NCBI GenBank assembly: GCA_000320545.1 | Contig: ADNK01001587.1 | Coordinates: forward strand, 54,925 to 118,924 | Direction of reading: 5' to 3' | DNA: 64,000 nucleotides | Source of the DNA: Bigelowiella natans CCMP2755 | Taxonomy: Eukaryota; Protista; Cercozoa | In this document: positions 13,028 through 25,135 of the stretch, one piece after another | Layout of the letters: the number at the start of each line of letters is the position of its first letter | How positions within the stretch are numbered: the first letter of the stretch is position 1 | Made by a program: the position numbers and the translations under genes | The notes under the pieces: generated by a model | The model's input: the letters and a program-made list of their open reading frames with translations, nothing else | Told to the model about the DNA's origin: nothing | The model's database searches: none

Positions 13028-14041
13028 ACTACAGCTGCTCAAGATTTGCTATACTATACCTTGGCCTTCAATAGGAGCACGGGTGTAAAAAGAAGGGAAT
13101 ATCATGCAGATTCCGGCGGCGATGAAACACGCAATCTGATAAGAATCAGCAATACACGCCCCAAAAGGTATTTCATCACTTCATCATCATCAGTTAGATT
13201 GTTTGCTACTGATGTTAATCTCGTGGGTTATTCCTAATTATGGATTTGCTACTGATGTTAATCTCGTGGATTATTCCTAATTATGGAGTGCTAGATTGCT
13301 TGCTACTGATGTTAATCTCGTGGATTATTCGTGATTATGGAGTGCCAAAATTTGATTTACCTGATGTGTCATCGTCACAAATACAGGAATTTTTAGCGGT
13401 CCAGTGAAGAGCCACTTATTGAACACGTTTAGCGCCACGTTGAGAGCAAGGTATCTAGTACGATAAATTACCAGCATCAAACAAATGATTTCCATGAAAA
13501 ACTGAGAGATTTTAGTTATGTTGTGATGGTTAACGTACATCAAGAGTAGAATTATTGCCATAATTCCATCAAATTTGAGCTTGTCTTCTTGTGAGTTCAT
13601 ATTACTGCTATGGCCCTCTTCCCTTTCCACCTTCTTAGGAGCAGCTTTTGAAGCATCATCGTTACTAGGTATCTGCTTGTTCCTTTCTTCTTCTTCCTGC
13701 ATTCCTCCTTCCTCTGCCAAGTCACCACCATTCCCCATTTCTCCGCTGCTTCCTCCAATGTTGCTGTCACTAGAATAAGATTGGGAAGAGGCAGCAGCTA
13801 GAGTAGTTTGGGGTGAGTTTTCACCACTTCCACTATCCTGTATCAACCATAGTAAAACAGTAAAAACTAATAAGAGATTTGCCCATGTCTTTCTTCACCA
13901 ATATTATCAATAATTCTGTTGCAGTGGCGCAAGCTGCACCATGCCACATTGAAAGAAGATGGTAGAGGTGCTTACTTGATGGGTTTGTACGTATTGTCGC
14001 TTTACATCTTGTGCAGCATCTGTTTTATCATTTGCAACCAT
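9795..14041 (-). CDS. Drug/metabolite transporter superfamily, triose-phosphate translocator / SLC35E-like solute transporter, ~17 exons
   Basis: Spliced product MVANDKTDAAQ...acidic N-terminus...YLALNVALNVFNKWLFTGPLKIPVFVTMTHQ...FVLSIALNNVSLMFCSIAINQMIRSMSPV...MAVAYNLTSIALIKYTSSVYFAVAGGFKTGVTIALSYLFFKQ...; multiple hydrophobic helices. The last exon/stop (9795) is less certain. Confidence 0.9.
13204..13345. repeat. Intronic minisatellite, three copies of a ~43-bp unit
   Basis: tgctactgatgttaatctcgtggrttattc(ctaattatgga) at ~13204, ~13247 and ~13301. Confidence 0.9.
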
Positions 14042-14401
14042 TGTAGTATCCAACCTGTGATGATAAGAGTAATTAGAGCAGTTTCGTTCGAATACATAGA
14101 CTACTATATTTTCTCGCATTTCTCATTATTTCAATTTATGCCCGCCCTCCCCTCCCTCCCCTCCCTCTTCCCCTCCAACGCCGAGGCAGTAACACCCAGC
14201 TCAAATCGACGATCTCCGGTTTGAATATTCAAAATGCCGACAAAGTTTTCATAATAAATAATTCTTTCAAAATTTCGGTCAAACACAACAGCGCAATATG
14301 CATCTCGAGGGAAACTCCTTGTTGACATCATCTCCGAATGATCTCGAACATCATCTCCGAATGATCTCGGAGAATATGAACGAAAAGGTTTCCTGACATC
14401 C
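14042..14401. promoter_or_regulatory. Compact bidirectional promoter region (transporter / PhyH gene)
   Basis: Divergent ATGs ~360 bp apart. Contains a tandem direct repeat acatcatctccgaatgatctcg x2 (~14326-14370). Promoter function is inferred from geometry only. Confidence 0.55.
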
Positions 14402-17400
14402 ATGGACATCATGGAACAGGATACGAGGAAAGAAGAGAAGAAGGCAAAAGAGGCAGATAATAATAGTAGCATTGCGTGCCCTAACTGTGAGGAACCCTTG
14501 GAAAGGTGTCTATTGTATTTGCATGTACAAAAATAAGTGTTCCTCCTCAATGTATCTTCTTACTTTGCGTTAATATTACTATTTTTATCACCCGAAGATA
14601 TTGGTCGATATGTCCTGCCTGTCTCTGCCCGATAAAGAAAATGCACGCAGTAGCCTGTTTAGGGTGTCGACTCCAAGGTGAATTATGGCCTATGCTTCTA
14701 ATTTGAATAGCACTGAGAAATATCGAGCAAAACAGGCTGCAGCATGTTCCCATGGACAAAAATACAACTTGTTGGAATTAGGTACATTTTACGTTCCGCG
14801 TACGCTCTCCCCCCCATTTTATTGCGATCAAACTGTGAGCCACATCGGCACAAGAAAATTACGAAAGGCGCTTTTTCGAAACAAAACTTCTTCACACCAG
14901 TCACAGGGTAGCTTGACTCAGGAAAAACTGCTTCGCTGTGACCGTGTTCCTAGGTATGATTGTATGGTGCTATTTCTACTTGTCCTGCTTGGTATTGTTT
15001 GTTAAACACGGTAAGCAAGACATGTACACGTCCGTTTATTGCGAAAATTTGTCGTTGTTTTTGGTTCACTAGGCCTCACTGGAGAATATGCCCTGATTGT
15101 AAAGCACCCTTGCAGAAGAAGAAGAAGAAGGAGAAGAAGAAGAGGGAGAAGCGCTTAGTTTCCATCAAACCACCAAAGCCATCACCCCCTTTATCATCAT
15201 CTCCTACAAAATCATCATCATTGTGTCACTGGAGTAGCCGCAATGGGTTAGCGTGCACGTCATGCAATCGTATGCGGTTGCCGTCTCTATTCTTTTGCTC
15301 TACCAAATGTTCAATAGCTCGCTGTGGGGGAGGAGGAGGAGGAGGAGAAACCCCTAAGATTCGAATCATACACGGCACTTCGACTAATGCTTCTTCAGAG
15401 AATATAGAGCAACCTAAATGTTACGAGCATTTGGTGTTATCGAAGAGCTTCACAACAGATAAGTATCATTTGACTCAAAAGCACATAAAGGTGAGTAATA
15501 TGTGTGATGTTATAATAATTTATAAGATAATGTTGATGATGCTGACGAATACGCATCAATCTTCCCAATCATGTTGGTAAGTAAGACATATAGTACAGTA
15601 TCTACTTCTTTATCATGATTGCTTCTCTCATCGATCGATCTCATTTGTTTATCATGCATAGTAACAATGTGGCGTGATGATTTTCTAGGATTATGGAGAA
15701 AAAGGCGTTGTGCTACTCAAAGATTTCTTAAATAAAAAAGACGTGAGCATCTTAACTAAATATATCAAAGCTATCACCTACAGCACTTGCAGTGAAGAAA
15801 GTAATAACAGCAAATCTTCCAGCAATATGGCAGTAACTTCGTCCTCCATTCGGTGTGATGATGATGCTGCTAATGATGATTATGATTATGATGATGGTGA
15901 TGGTGGTGCTGGTGGCACCAACACGGAAGAGAAGGAAGCGTGGGCTCAGATGATGCAAAATAAGCGGAAAGAAGCTGGCGACTACAAAATACTAGAAAGC
16001 AGCACGAATGGCAACAACAACAACAACAACAACAAGGGTAATAATTGCGATGATGATAGAAATAATGACCAAAGTATGAGGCCTCCAAAAAGCAGCACGC
16101 ATGGTAGTTCTAGCGATAGTAGTAGCAGTAGTAGTGAGAAGAAGACTAGTAGTCCTTTTCTTCGTGTCCACAATTTGTGGAAACAATCAGCTCAAGTTGA
16201 GATCCTTGTCAAATCGCAACGATTGTGCCAGGTGATATGATGATGATGATGATGATGATGACGATGAGCTGATTTCTTGCTTTATTAAGGAGAAAAAGCA
16301 GAAACAACAACAACAACAATAAGAACAACAACAACAACTGAGTCATCATCACAATACGAAGAGGCCCATGATGCTACTACGACGCACGATGACGATGTTA
16401 TGAAGTCCTAAGCTACATTATTCATCAATTTGTGGAAAATATACTAAATATGATTCACCGAGAATTGTTTAGCTACGAGTACATGTAGTACCAAAAGACG
16501 ATGATGATGATAGTATTTACAGATAGATCGTCGAGGTGTTAGACAGAAGGGAAATATAGATAGAGTGAGGGAGAAGTGAGAAATGATTTATATAGGAGAA
16601 GCAGATACTATATACAAATTATATTCAAGATAAATGATTTAGATGGGCTTGCAATTAGCATCATCTTCATTATCAACGACAGCTAATCTACCTTATGGAA
16701 TTATCACCATCATTGCCCATCATCCTACTTACTACTTGTTTGTTAATACCAGTCTCTTCACTAAACATGCGATTATTATTATAAATTCAAGGTCGCTGCT
16801 AAACTTTTGGGAGTGAATTCGGTACGATTGTATCAAGATTCTGCATTCTTCAAGCAAAGTGGCGCTACTTCATCACCTTGGCATCAAGATCAGCTCGCTT
16901 CTCCGTTGACATGTGCTACGAAATTCATCACTTTTTGGATCCCTCTTACCAACCTCTCCCGTGGACACGGACTACTACGATATGCGGAAGGCTCTCATGT
17001 CGTTAACTATAAGACCATAGGTCACAGAGAAATGCCTTTATCTAAGGTAGGAAGCTTTGATAATAGCGTAACTGAGGCGAAGATAAGAGCATCTGGCTTT
17101 AATGTGTTTCAAATGGACCTCATATCTGTGGGAGACATCATTGCCCACCATGGATGGCTTCTGCACGCTTCCTCACCGAATACTACAAACAAAACAAGAT
17201 TTGCTTTTGCAATAAGTTATTTTGAAGATGGAGGACGTGTGAATAGCCATGCACGTGCTGGGATATGCGATGATTTACGTGAATGGACTCGTTGGATTTC
17301 GAAGGTAAAAAAAGTAGTACTGTAATGAAGTTTCAGTCTGAATAAAATAAGCAAGACAGCAAAGTAAACGTGATTGTTGTTGTATATGTATACATTAGGT

Positions 17401-17467
17401 GGGGGCTGGTGGGGTTGTCAACAGCGATGAGCACACACCTTTAGTGTGGTCGTTAAACAGAACTTGA
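14402..17467 (+). CDS. Phytanoyl-CoA dioxygenase (PhyH)-family Fe(II)/2-oxoglutarate oxygenase with N-terminal Cys-rich double zinc-ribbon-like region
   Basis: Exon 16792-17304 has the HxD motif (SPWHQD), FWIPL, GSH, a distal His (LLHAS) and the 2OG-binding Arg (TRFAF). Exon 15690-16231 starts DYGEKGVVLLKDFL. Last exon 17399-17467. N-terminal CPNC/CPAC/CLGC/CPDC pairs; splicing between 14678 and 15072 is unresolved. Confidence 0.85.
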
Positions 17468-17649
17468 AGTATAGATAACGTGTTCTTGTTCCACACATAA
17501 GGGGGTTGGTTCATCGAGTATAAAAACGCTAAAATAGGATGAGATGCTCACATTACTGGTACTGTTGGTCGATTATTTGGTGGACACCATCATGATCGAA
17601 GGAAAGGGAATATGTGTTGTATGACGCTCCTAATTATCAGCCCACCAGT

Positions 17650-18950
17650 GCGATGTATGCAGCATATGCCCAGTATGTATCTAGGTGTGTGTACATGTAC
17701 ACATTGTGTGTATGGTACTAGTTGTAAGGTCTGATTGCGAATGATCGAACGTATGCATCACCATGTAGCAACAAATTGTGCGCAACGTATAAACGTATAA
17801 ACGAAGTGATGCTGTGACGTGTGCTGAAGCTGAAATTTTTGCGATCGAAAAACAGGCACAAACAAACCGCAAGCATGACCAACCTAGCAAGTGGTGGGGC
17901 TAATTTGATGATGCTTGCGTTGGTCGCACACGTGCGCTGATCACAGCAAAAGTTTGCATTTTTGGCATGAAGCAGTGCGGATTGCCATCAGAGTCAATCA
18001 CTATGCACAATGACATACTAGCATAGCTAGATAGTGCACAGCCAGTTCAAACGCGCACACCTTGCCAAAAATGAGTTTTTCTCGGCAACCAAAGGTCAGT
18101 AGGAGCTGAGGTTATAAGCGCAATCTTAGAGCTCTGATTCCGTTCTTAAAAATGAACCAACCACATTCATTTCTAACTCCGTGCTAGCGTGGGCGTCGCT
18201 TCAATTTTCAATAATGAAAATTCGCGTGCCCTCCCATTTCATTTTCTCCGGGCACAGCGCGCACGCTTCTAGACTTTTTGGACTAGCGCGGCGAACATTT
18301 GTCCAATTTTGGACTTTTTTGCAGATTCAGAACCGTCTTGATGAGAGCTTTGATGAGTGTTCAACCAATTTCATCAGAATGCATAACAGACACAGCATTA
18401 GAATATACACCACATGCACTAGATCGGCCAAGGGAAAAATCTTCAAAAAAAAAAGTCAAAATGGCCTCTAGGCCTCTTTGGCGCAAATCTGTCTAGCTGT
18501 GCCAAAACCACTTGTTCTGGCGCATTTTGGATGCTTTTCTTTATAAACTTGCTATAATATACTATACATCTTACTCGCATTGTCGCTGAATAAGCGCATT
18601 GCACGTAGTTCTAAGGTTGAACAATGTGCGGACGACGCCCCTCTGTGCAACACAACTAGCGCCACCACATGCTCAAGCTAGCAAGTTAGCGCGTTCTAGC
18701 GTTGCATGCACGCACAATGCAGCGATCCAAAAGTCCAAACATTTCGACAGATCTGCGTTTGCTTGCTCTAGTGCTGTCTAGCTGTGCACGCACGCGAGTT
18801 TGAACACATGTCTAGATGTGCCTGCCGCATGACCACAAAAAGGTGCACCCATTTCATTTCATCCATCTCATATGTGCATGCATAGTCTTGCTTACCTCAC
18901 GTAGTCTGCTTGCCGCATGTATAATTGTCTTTGCGCCTGTAAAGGGACAA
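17650..18950. repeat. TpA-depleted intergenic island 3 between convergent genes; contains DNA-transposon-like sequence
   Basis: Same word bias as the other islands. 18512-18538 (ttgttctggcgcattttggatgctttt) resembles 61805-61833 inside the TIR element. Confidence 0.7.
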
Positions 18951-19049
18951 ATCATGACTCTCTGAACTATACTGCTGCTGCTGTTTTTACGGGTTCGCCA
19001 TGCTAGTTAAAATGCTGCGACGAGCTCTTGTCTTCATTATAGATGCTAC

Positions 19050-19326
19050 TCATTTACTTCGCCCCCGTGGCAAAGAAAACGAAGGAAGCGCATCCTCTGA
19101 ATCCTCGTCTTTCTCACTAGTGTTGTCAATATCTTCTTCACTATCTTCAATGATTCGATTTGTATTTTTGTTCCTCATCATTACTACAGGCTGCTGCTTT
19201 CGTGAACGTAACATAGTCGTAGTAGTAGTTTCGTCTGCAGACTTGATCATTATTCCGGTGATAGGATCGATAACAGAGTCATTATTGCGGTGCATGCTAT
19301 GATGAGAATGGGAGTATTTACTAGGG

Positions 19327-19363
<37 letters not shown>

Positions 19364-21438
19364 TTCCATCAATTTGTCGTTTATTAATTTTTGTTGTTGT
19401 TCTTCGCTTCTTATTTTTGCGAAGGCTGCCAGTGCTCACTGTTAAAGATTTGTTCTTTCCTTCCCAACGTTGGTATATATCAGACTCAAACTCATCAGCG
19501 GAATTTTCTCTCTCGTACTCCTCTTCCTTCTCATTTCTGTTCTTCCTTTTCTTTCTTGATCTTTTATGGAAATGATCGGTATCAGATAATAATAACCTCT
19601 TCTTCCCAGAGAAGCCACCATACGTTGTTTCTTTTGTTGTCCTCTGATTGAAGTCTTTCTTTTCTTTTTGTTGTTGTTGTTGTTGTTGTTGTTCTTCTTC
19701 TTCTTCTTGAACTTCTTTTACTTCTTTTATTTCGAGTTTATCATCATCAGATGATGACAGTGAGAACCGACGTTGGGGATTATGCGTTTTTGTCTTCTTC
19801 TGTTTTCCCTTCCAGGACACCGTTGCTTTCCGATTTTTTTGATGTTGGTGCTGCTGCATCTTCTCACCATTTTTCAAACGTCGCAGCATTTCATCGAATG
19901 ATAGGGGTACACGAACCAGATATCTGCCAACAGAATAAGCATTAGTGATACTAATACCATGGTACTACGTCAAATCCGTCATTCCAATCACTCACAATTC
20001 ATGATTATTTACATCTCCATCACAATGATTCTTATACTGACAAACATGGCTACTACTATATTGATTCCTATGCTTATTAAAAACAACACTATACCGTTGA
20101 TTGTTCCTGGAAAGATAAGCTGAAACACTGACACTACCAACAACGACGTAGCTACAGCAAGAACAATATAATAAGAATGATGCTCTGTTGAGGAAACGAT
20201 CTATTATCAATATACCAATAAGTAGTAGTGGTAGAAGTAGTTGTTGTAGAGATGAATTCGAGACCTCCCCCCCCCCCCCCCCCGCCCTCCCACACACTAG
20301 ATGCAAAAGTACCTGTTACATGCATATGCTGTATGCCTGAACTTTTCCTTCAGAAGCTATAGCAGCAGCAGCAGCAGCAACAACCACACAAAATCAGCGC
20401 ATACAAAAAAAAGAATTTAGAATTTACAAATAAAAAGATGTCATCATCATCCTCATCATCGTATCCTCTACTAATCTTCCTCTCTATAGCCCACTATATT
20501 AACATGAGGAAAAGGCTGCTTAAATAGTGATAATCTCTCTATCCTAATATACTCCTCACCCCATCCATAATCATTTTAGTAACAACGTGTGTAGCCTGAT
20601 CCTTCGTCAGCTTTACGAAGAAGAAGAAAAAGAAGAAGAAGAAGAAGTCTATAAAGAGAGAATAATACGCACTAGGATAAAAACATAAGACTACATGAAA
20701 ACGAATTATGTGCACATTTTATACTAGCAGCAGCAGCAGAAGGAGGACAGTGATGAGGATGATACGAGAAAATAATAGTTGTAAAACAAAGCAGAGCTAC
20801 ACTAACTGCTACTACTACTACTACTACTACTACTACTATTACTACGGAATTACATCTCCTTTTCATCCCCCTCCTCCTCCTTCTCCTCCTCCATATTGTC
20901 GTTAATCATCACAACAAGTGCTACTACTAGTGTATTTAATAATTGATGCTGCATAATTGATGATGCATACCTTCTTCGGCCAACAAGACCCCTTCGCTGC
21001 TGTTGTTGTCTTCTTTTTAGCTGCTTTGTACCTAGGAAAGGGATCATAGTAAAGAAATTTGAAGTACTACTCAGCAAAATAACAACAACAATGACAGCAG
21101 TAATAATAACAATTATAAGAATATTACGTAGTAGAAAGCAGCAGTACCATAAGTCCACCAGCTGAATAGCAGTTACACCCTTCCTCGTCATCTTCTTCTT
21201 CTTCTTCTTCATCTTCTTCTTCATTTTTTGTAGCTGCCCCCCTCCCATGGTAGGTTGAGTGTCAGATTGAGCACCCCCACTACTACTAGTACTACTACTT
21301 TGAAGAAGCTCATTTGTCTAAGAGCAAAAGAGAAGGAAGATGACGACTATAAGCATGATGAAAATAACAATGAGGAAGATGTTGTGCTACGTTCTTAGTC
21401 ATCTGCAACTTGCGCCTTCTAGTTACTACTTACTATCA

Positions 21439-21475
<37 letters not shown>

Positions 21476-21769
21476 CATGATCTGTATGCCTTGAGCGCAA
21501 TCATACTCAGTATAGTACTCATTATCATCCGAATTCGAAATATTACTACTGATAGATGATAACAGTAACGACGACGATGATAATGATGATGTTGATGATG
21601 ATGATGATGATGAACAATAACAGTCAGCACATGAAACAACAATAATAGGAATATTAGTAGTAGGGCATGAGCGTGTGATATTGCCTCCTCCTTTGATGAA
21701 TTTGGCGTTGACAGCAGTTGTCGCACATCCCTTTGCATTGTGAAGGAGTCAATACCTCTCCAAAGTATC

Positions 21770-21834
<65 letters not shown>

Positions 21835-24138
21835 GTAGTAGCAGTACGTAGTAGTAGCAGAGTGCGGATAGAGAAATAAATCAATAAATCAGAGAAAAAT
21901 GATGATGAATGGGGAGGAAGAGGAGAAGGAAGAGGGTGGTAGTAGGTATGTTGTTCTGATCATCCTAGTTAGTTATATTTGCAACAACAACTAGCACTAC
22001 CTGCCGATCATAACTCTTCTACAAGCTGACAACGACGAGGAGAAGGACGCATACCGTACCATTGCATACAACTTCTCCAATCCCCCATTCTAGAAGAAGC
22101 ACGAGGGATGATGACGATAATGATGATGATGATGATTATTATTATTATTATAGCAACAAGAATTAGATGTTGGTGACCGATCTGGTTATCATCGTACTCA
22201 TAAGAATCTACAAAACGAAATAATATGATATCTTTCTATCTTCCTCTCTGATGTGTTGTTCAATCTCGTCATTATAGATAGTATGTATACCATGTGAAAT
22301 ACTCGTGTAGATTGCTTGGAAAGATCCTTGGGAGAGAACATCAGCATGCAATCGGAGTGTATACCATCACGTCCTGTTGTTTGTTGACAGAAGGCAGCGG
22401 GTACAACGCAACGATAATAATGATTGCAATAACAATAACATCAATGATTGATAAGAACATAATAATGACTAGGACGACGATGGGGAAATTGTGATCCACA
22501 TAACAAGTGATAGTTTTCTTAGGAAGATCGCATGATGATGCATAATGACGTCTCGATTGGTTGTTGTTGCCTGGTATTGCTACTTATTCATGTTGTCTTA
22601 ATGCCATATTTGAAAGCTGCTTTAATATCATATTTGAAAGCAATACCTGCTCGTCCTGATTCTTGGTAGTAACTTTCCATTGACTAAAGGATGAAGATGA
22701 TGATGATGATGATGATGATGATGGTAATGGTAATGGTAATGATAATAATTGAATATATGGAAGAATAATGTATGTACATACACAATGCATATTCGATGGT
22801 TAATTCTCACATATTATCCTTACTTACAGTACCCTTTTATCTAACATGACATCTAGTATGAGTGCCTGCTACTGCTGCTGCTGCTACTACCACTTTGTAC
22901 TCTTCTAGTACTATTACCTTTGAGATAGTTTGATGCACAACAAATCTGACGTTCAGCTAACAAAGATAGTTTGATGCACAATAAATCTGACGACCGGCTA
23001 ACAAAGAGGTAGATAGGTAGGTAGGTAGGTAATAGCAGGTTGTGGTAATGATAATGAAAGAAGACCGTTGTTCAGATATCATCATCTTTGTTTTCATAAT
23101 TGATCATAGTCAACACCATTCATTTTCAATGTAGTAATATATCCTTGCTCTTTCCCTTGCAACCATCATCATTATCGTCGTCTTCGTTGTTGTCATTTTC
23201 ACCGCCTTGTGACGATAATATCACTATTTTTACTAATTATTTATGCAGCAGCCACCAACGCATCATCATCATCGTCATCATAATCGTCATCATCATCATG
23301 ATCAAAATCATCATTACATGTACCTCAAAAAATCACTGACTCACTACCTTGTTTATTCCCATTCCAAAAGCAATCGTTGCACAAATGACATTAGCCATTC
23401 CATGCCACCAAGCACTGTTGTTGTTGTTGTTGTTGTTGTTGTAATTATTATTCAGGGACGAACAAAAGAAACAAATGGGAAAAAAGAATCATACATCTTC
23501 TCATTACGCAACGATGATGGGTGCAGTGGAGTGTAGGAGCGTAAGAAAGTAGGATGAGAATGAGGAAGAGGATGAGGAGGAGGAGGGTGATGGTAGAGTA
23601 GCGCCTCTCTCCATCTACCCATTCCTTTCTCCTGCTCCGTTTCGACTTCGTCTTCATCCACTTCAACATTCTTCTTCTTCTTTTTCATTTTTTGCAATTG
23701 CCCCCGCCCAGTGGTAGGTTGAGTGTCTCTTCTCTCTTTCTTTTCTGCTTCTCTCTCACCCACCCTTCCGCGCCCCCCTCTCTCTACTTGCCCATCGTAC
23801 TTATATGAAGCTTTCCGGTCTTGAACATCCATCTGTGCATGGTACCTAGAACATTCAATTGTAGTACAATCTTTAGCAGCGTAGTGTTGTTTTTTCCTCA
23901 ACAGTTAAGGAGCAGCCTCAACATAGGTTGAATGTATTTATACTCGTGATAGTAGGTATATATAACGAGGAATGCTTGACGATGATCACAACAACAACAA
24001 CAACAACAGTTTATTCTCATTTCGTCATCATCATAATCAAATTCTCTTCTCCAAAAGTAGTTAGTCTATTACGGTGTTGCTGAGATTCCATGCGACAAGA
24101 GATGTGCAACCATCGTCTATAGCACACACACACAAACA

Positions 24139-24180
<42 letters not shown>

Positions 24181-25092
24181 TGTATATATAAAAATAGTGG
24201 CCTCAGGAAGAAGCGAAGGAGTTTCGTAGGAGGAAGAAGAGGAAGAGAAGGGAGGCATCGTGAATAGCATGATCACCATCTATATCACCCCAACATAAGC
24301 AACAGTAGCAAACTAACCCCCACCTCAGTATCAGAGCAGGAATAGCAATAAATGATTCCACAATGTCTTTCGTGGTGCTTCTACAGCAGCAGCATCATCA
24401 GTGATGATGGATGGTATTAAAGCGACAACATAGGGAAAAGAAGGAGGAGGAGGAAGATAAGAGTAGGCAAAAAATAACGAAAATACCTTAAGAGGAAGGT
24501 TTGTTGGTTGTTATTTACATAAATCACACTCTGTTTCTCTACTACTACTACTACTACTACTGCTACTACAGGTAACAACAACTATATAACTTCTCATCGT
24601 CAAATGGTTGGAAAGATAAGTGGTAACTACAACTTTATAACTTCTCATTGTGAAATAGATCGTTAGAAAGATAAGTGCACTACCGATAGAATCCATGAAC
24701 AAATTGCCTCAGGACACATCTTGTCGTTTTTTTTTGGAAAGACGCTACAACAACATTAAAGCATTAGAAAACAACAAATCCATAATATAAACATACATCA
24801 TGGTTGTGCAAATGGTAAATAATTGAACGTCGATGACAATCAACACTACTACTACAACTGCTTATACGACTACTGCTACTGATATACTACTGCCAGTGCT
24901 ATACTGTTGCTTCTGGTACTACCATTACTATTACATGCACTACTATGTAGTAGTATTATTACCTGTAGAATAAATTTTGTCTATTGAAGGGAGTCTTAAA
25001 AAACATGCTGGATCCGCTCATACGAAGGATTCTAATAAAATAATAGAAGTAGTAGTGGTAGGGTACATGTGCGTATGTTTATATTGTATATG

Positions 25093-25135
<43 letters not shown>

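Noticed and set aside
13204-13345. CRISPR-like repeat array
   Set aside because: No unique regular spacers, no cas genes, and it lies in a eukaryotic intron; it is a minisatellite.
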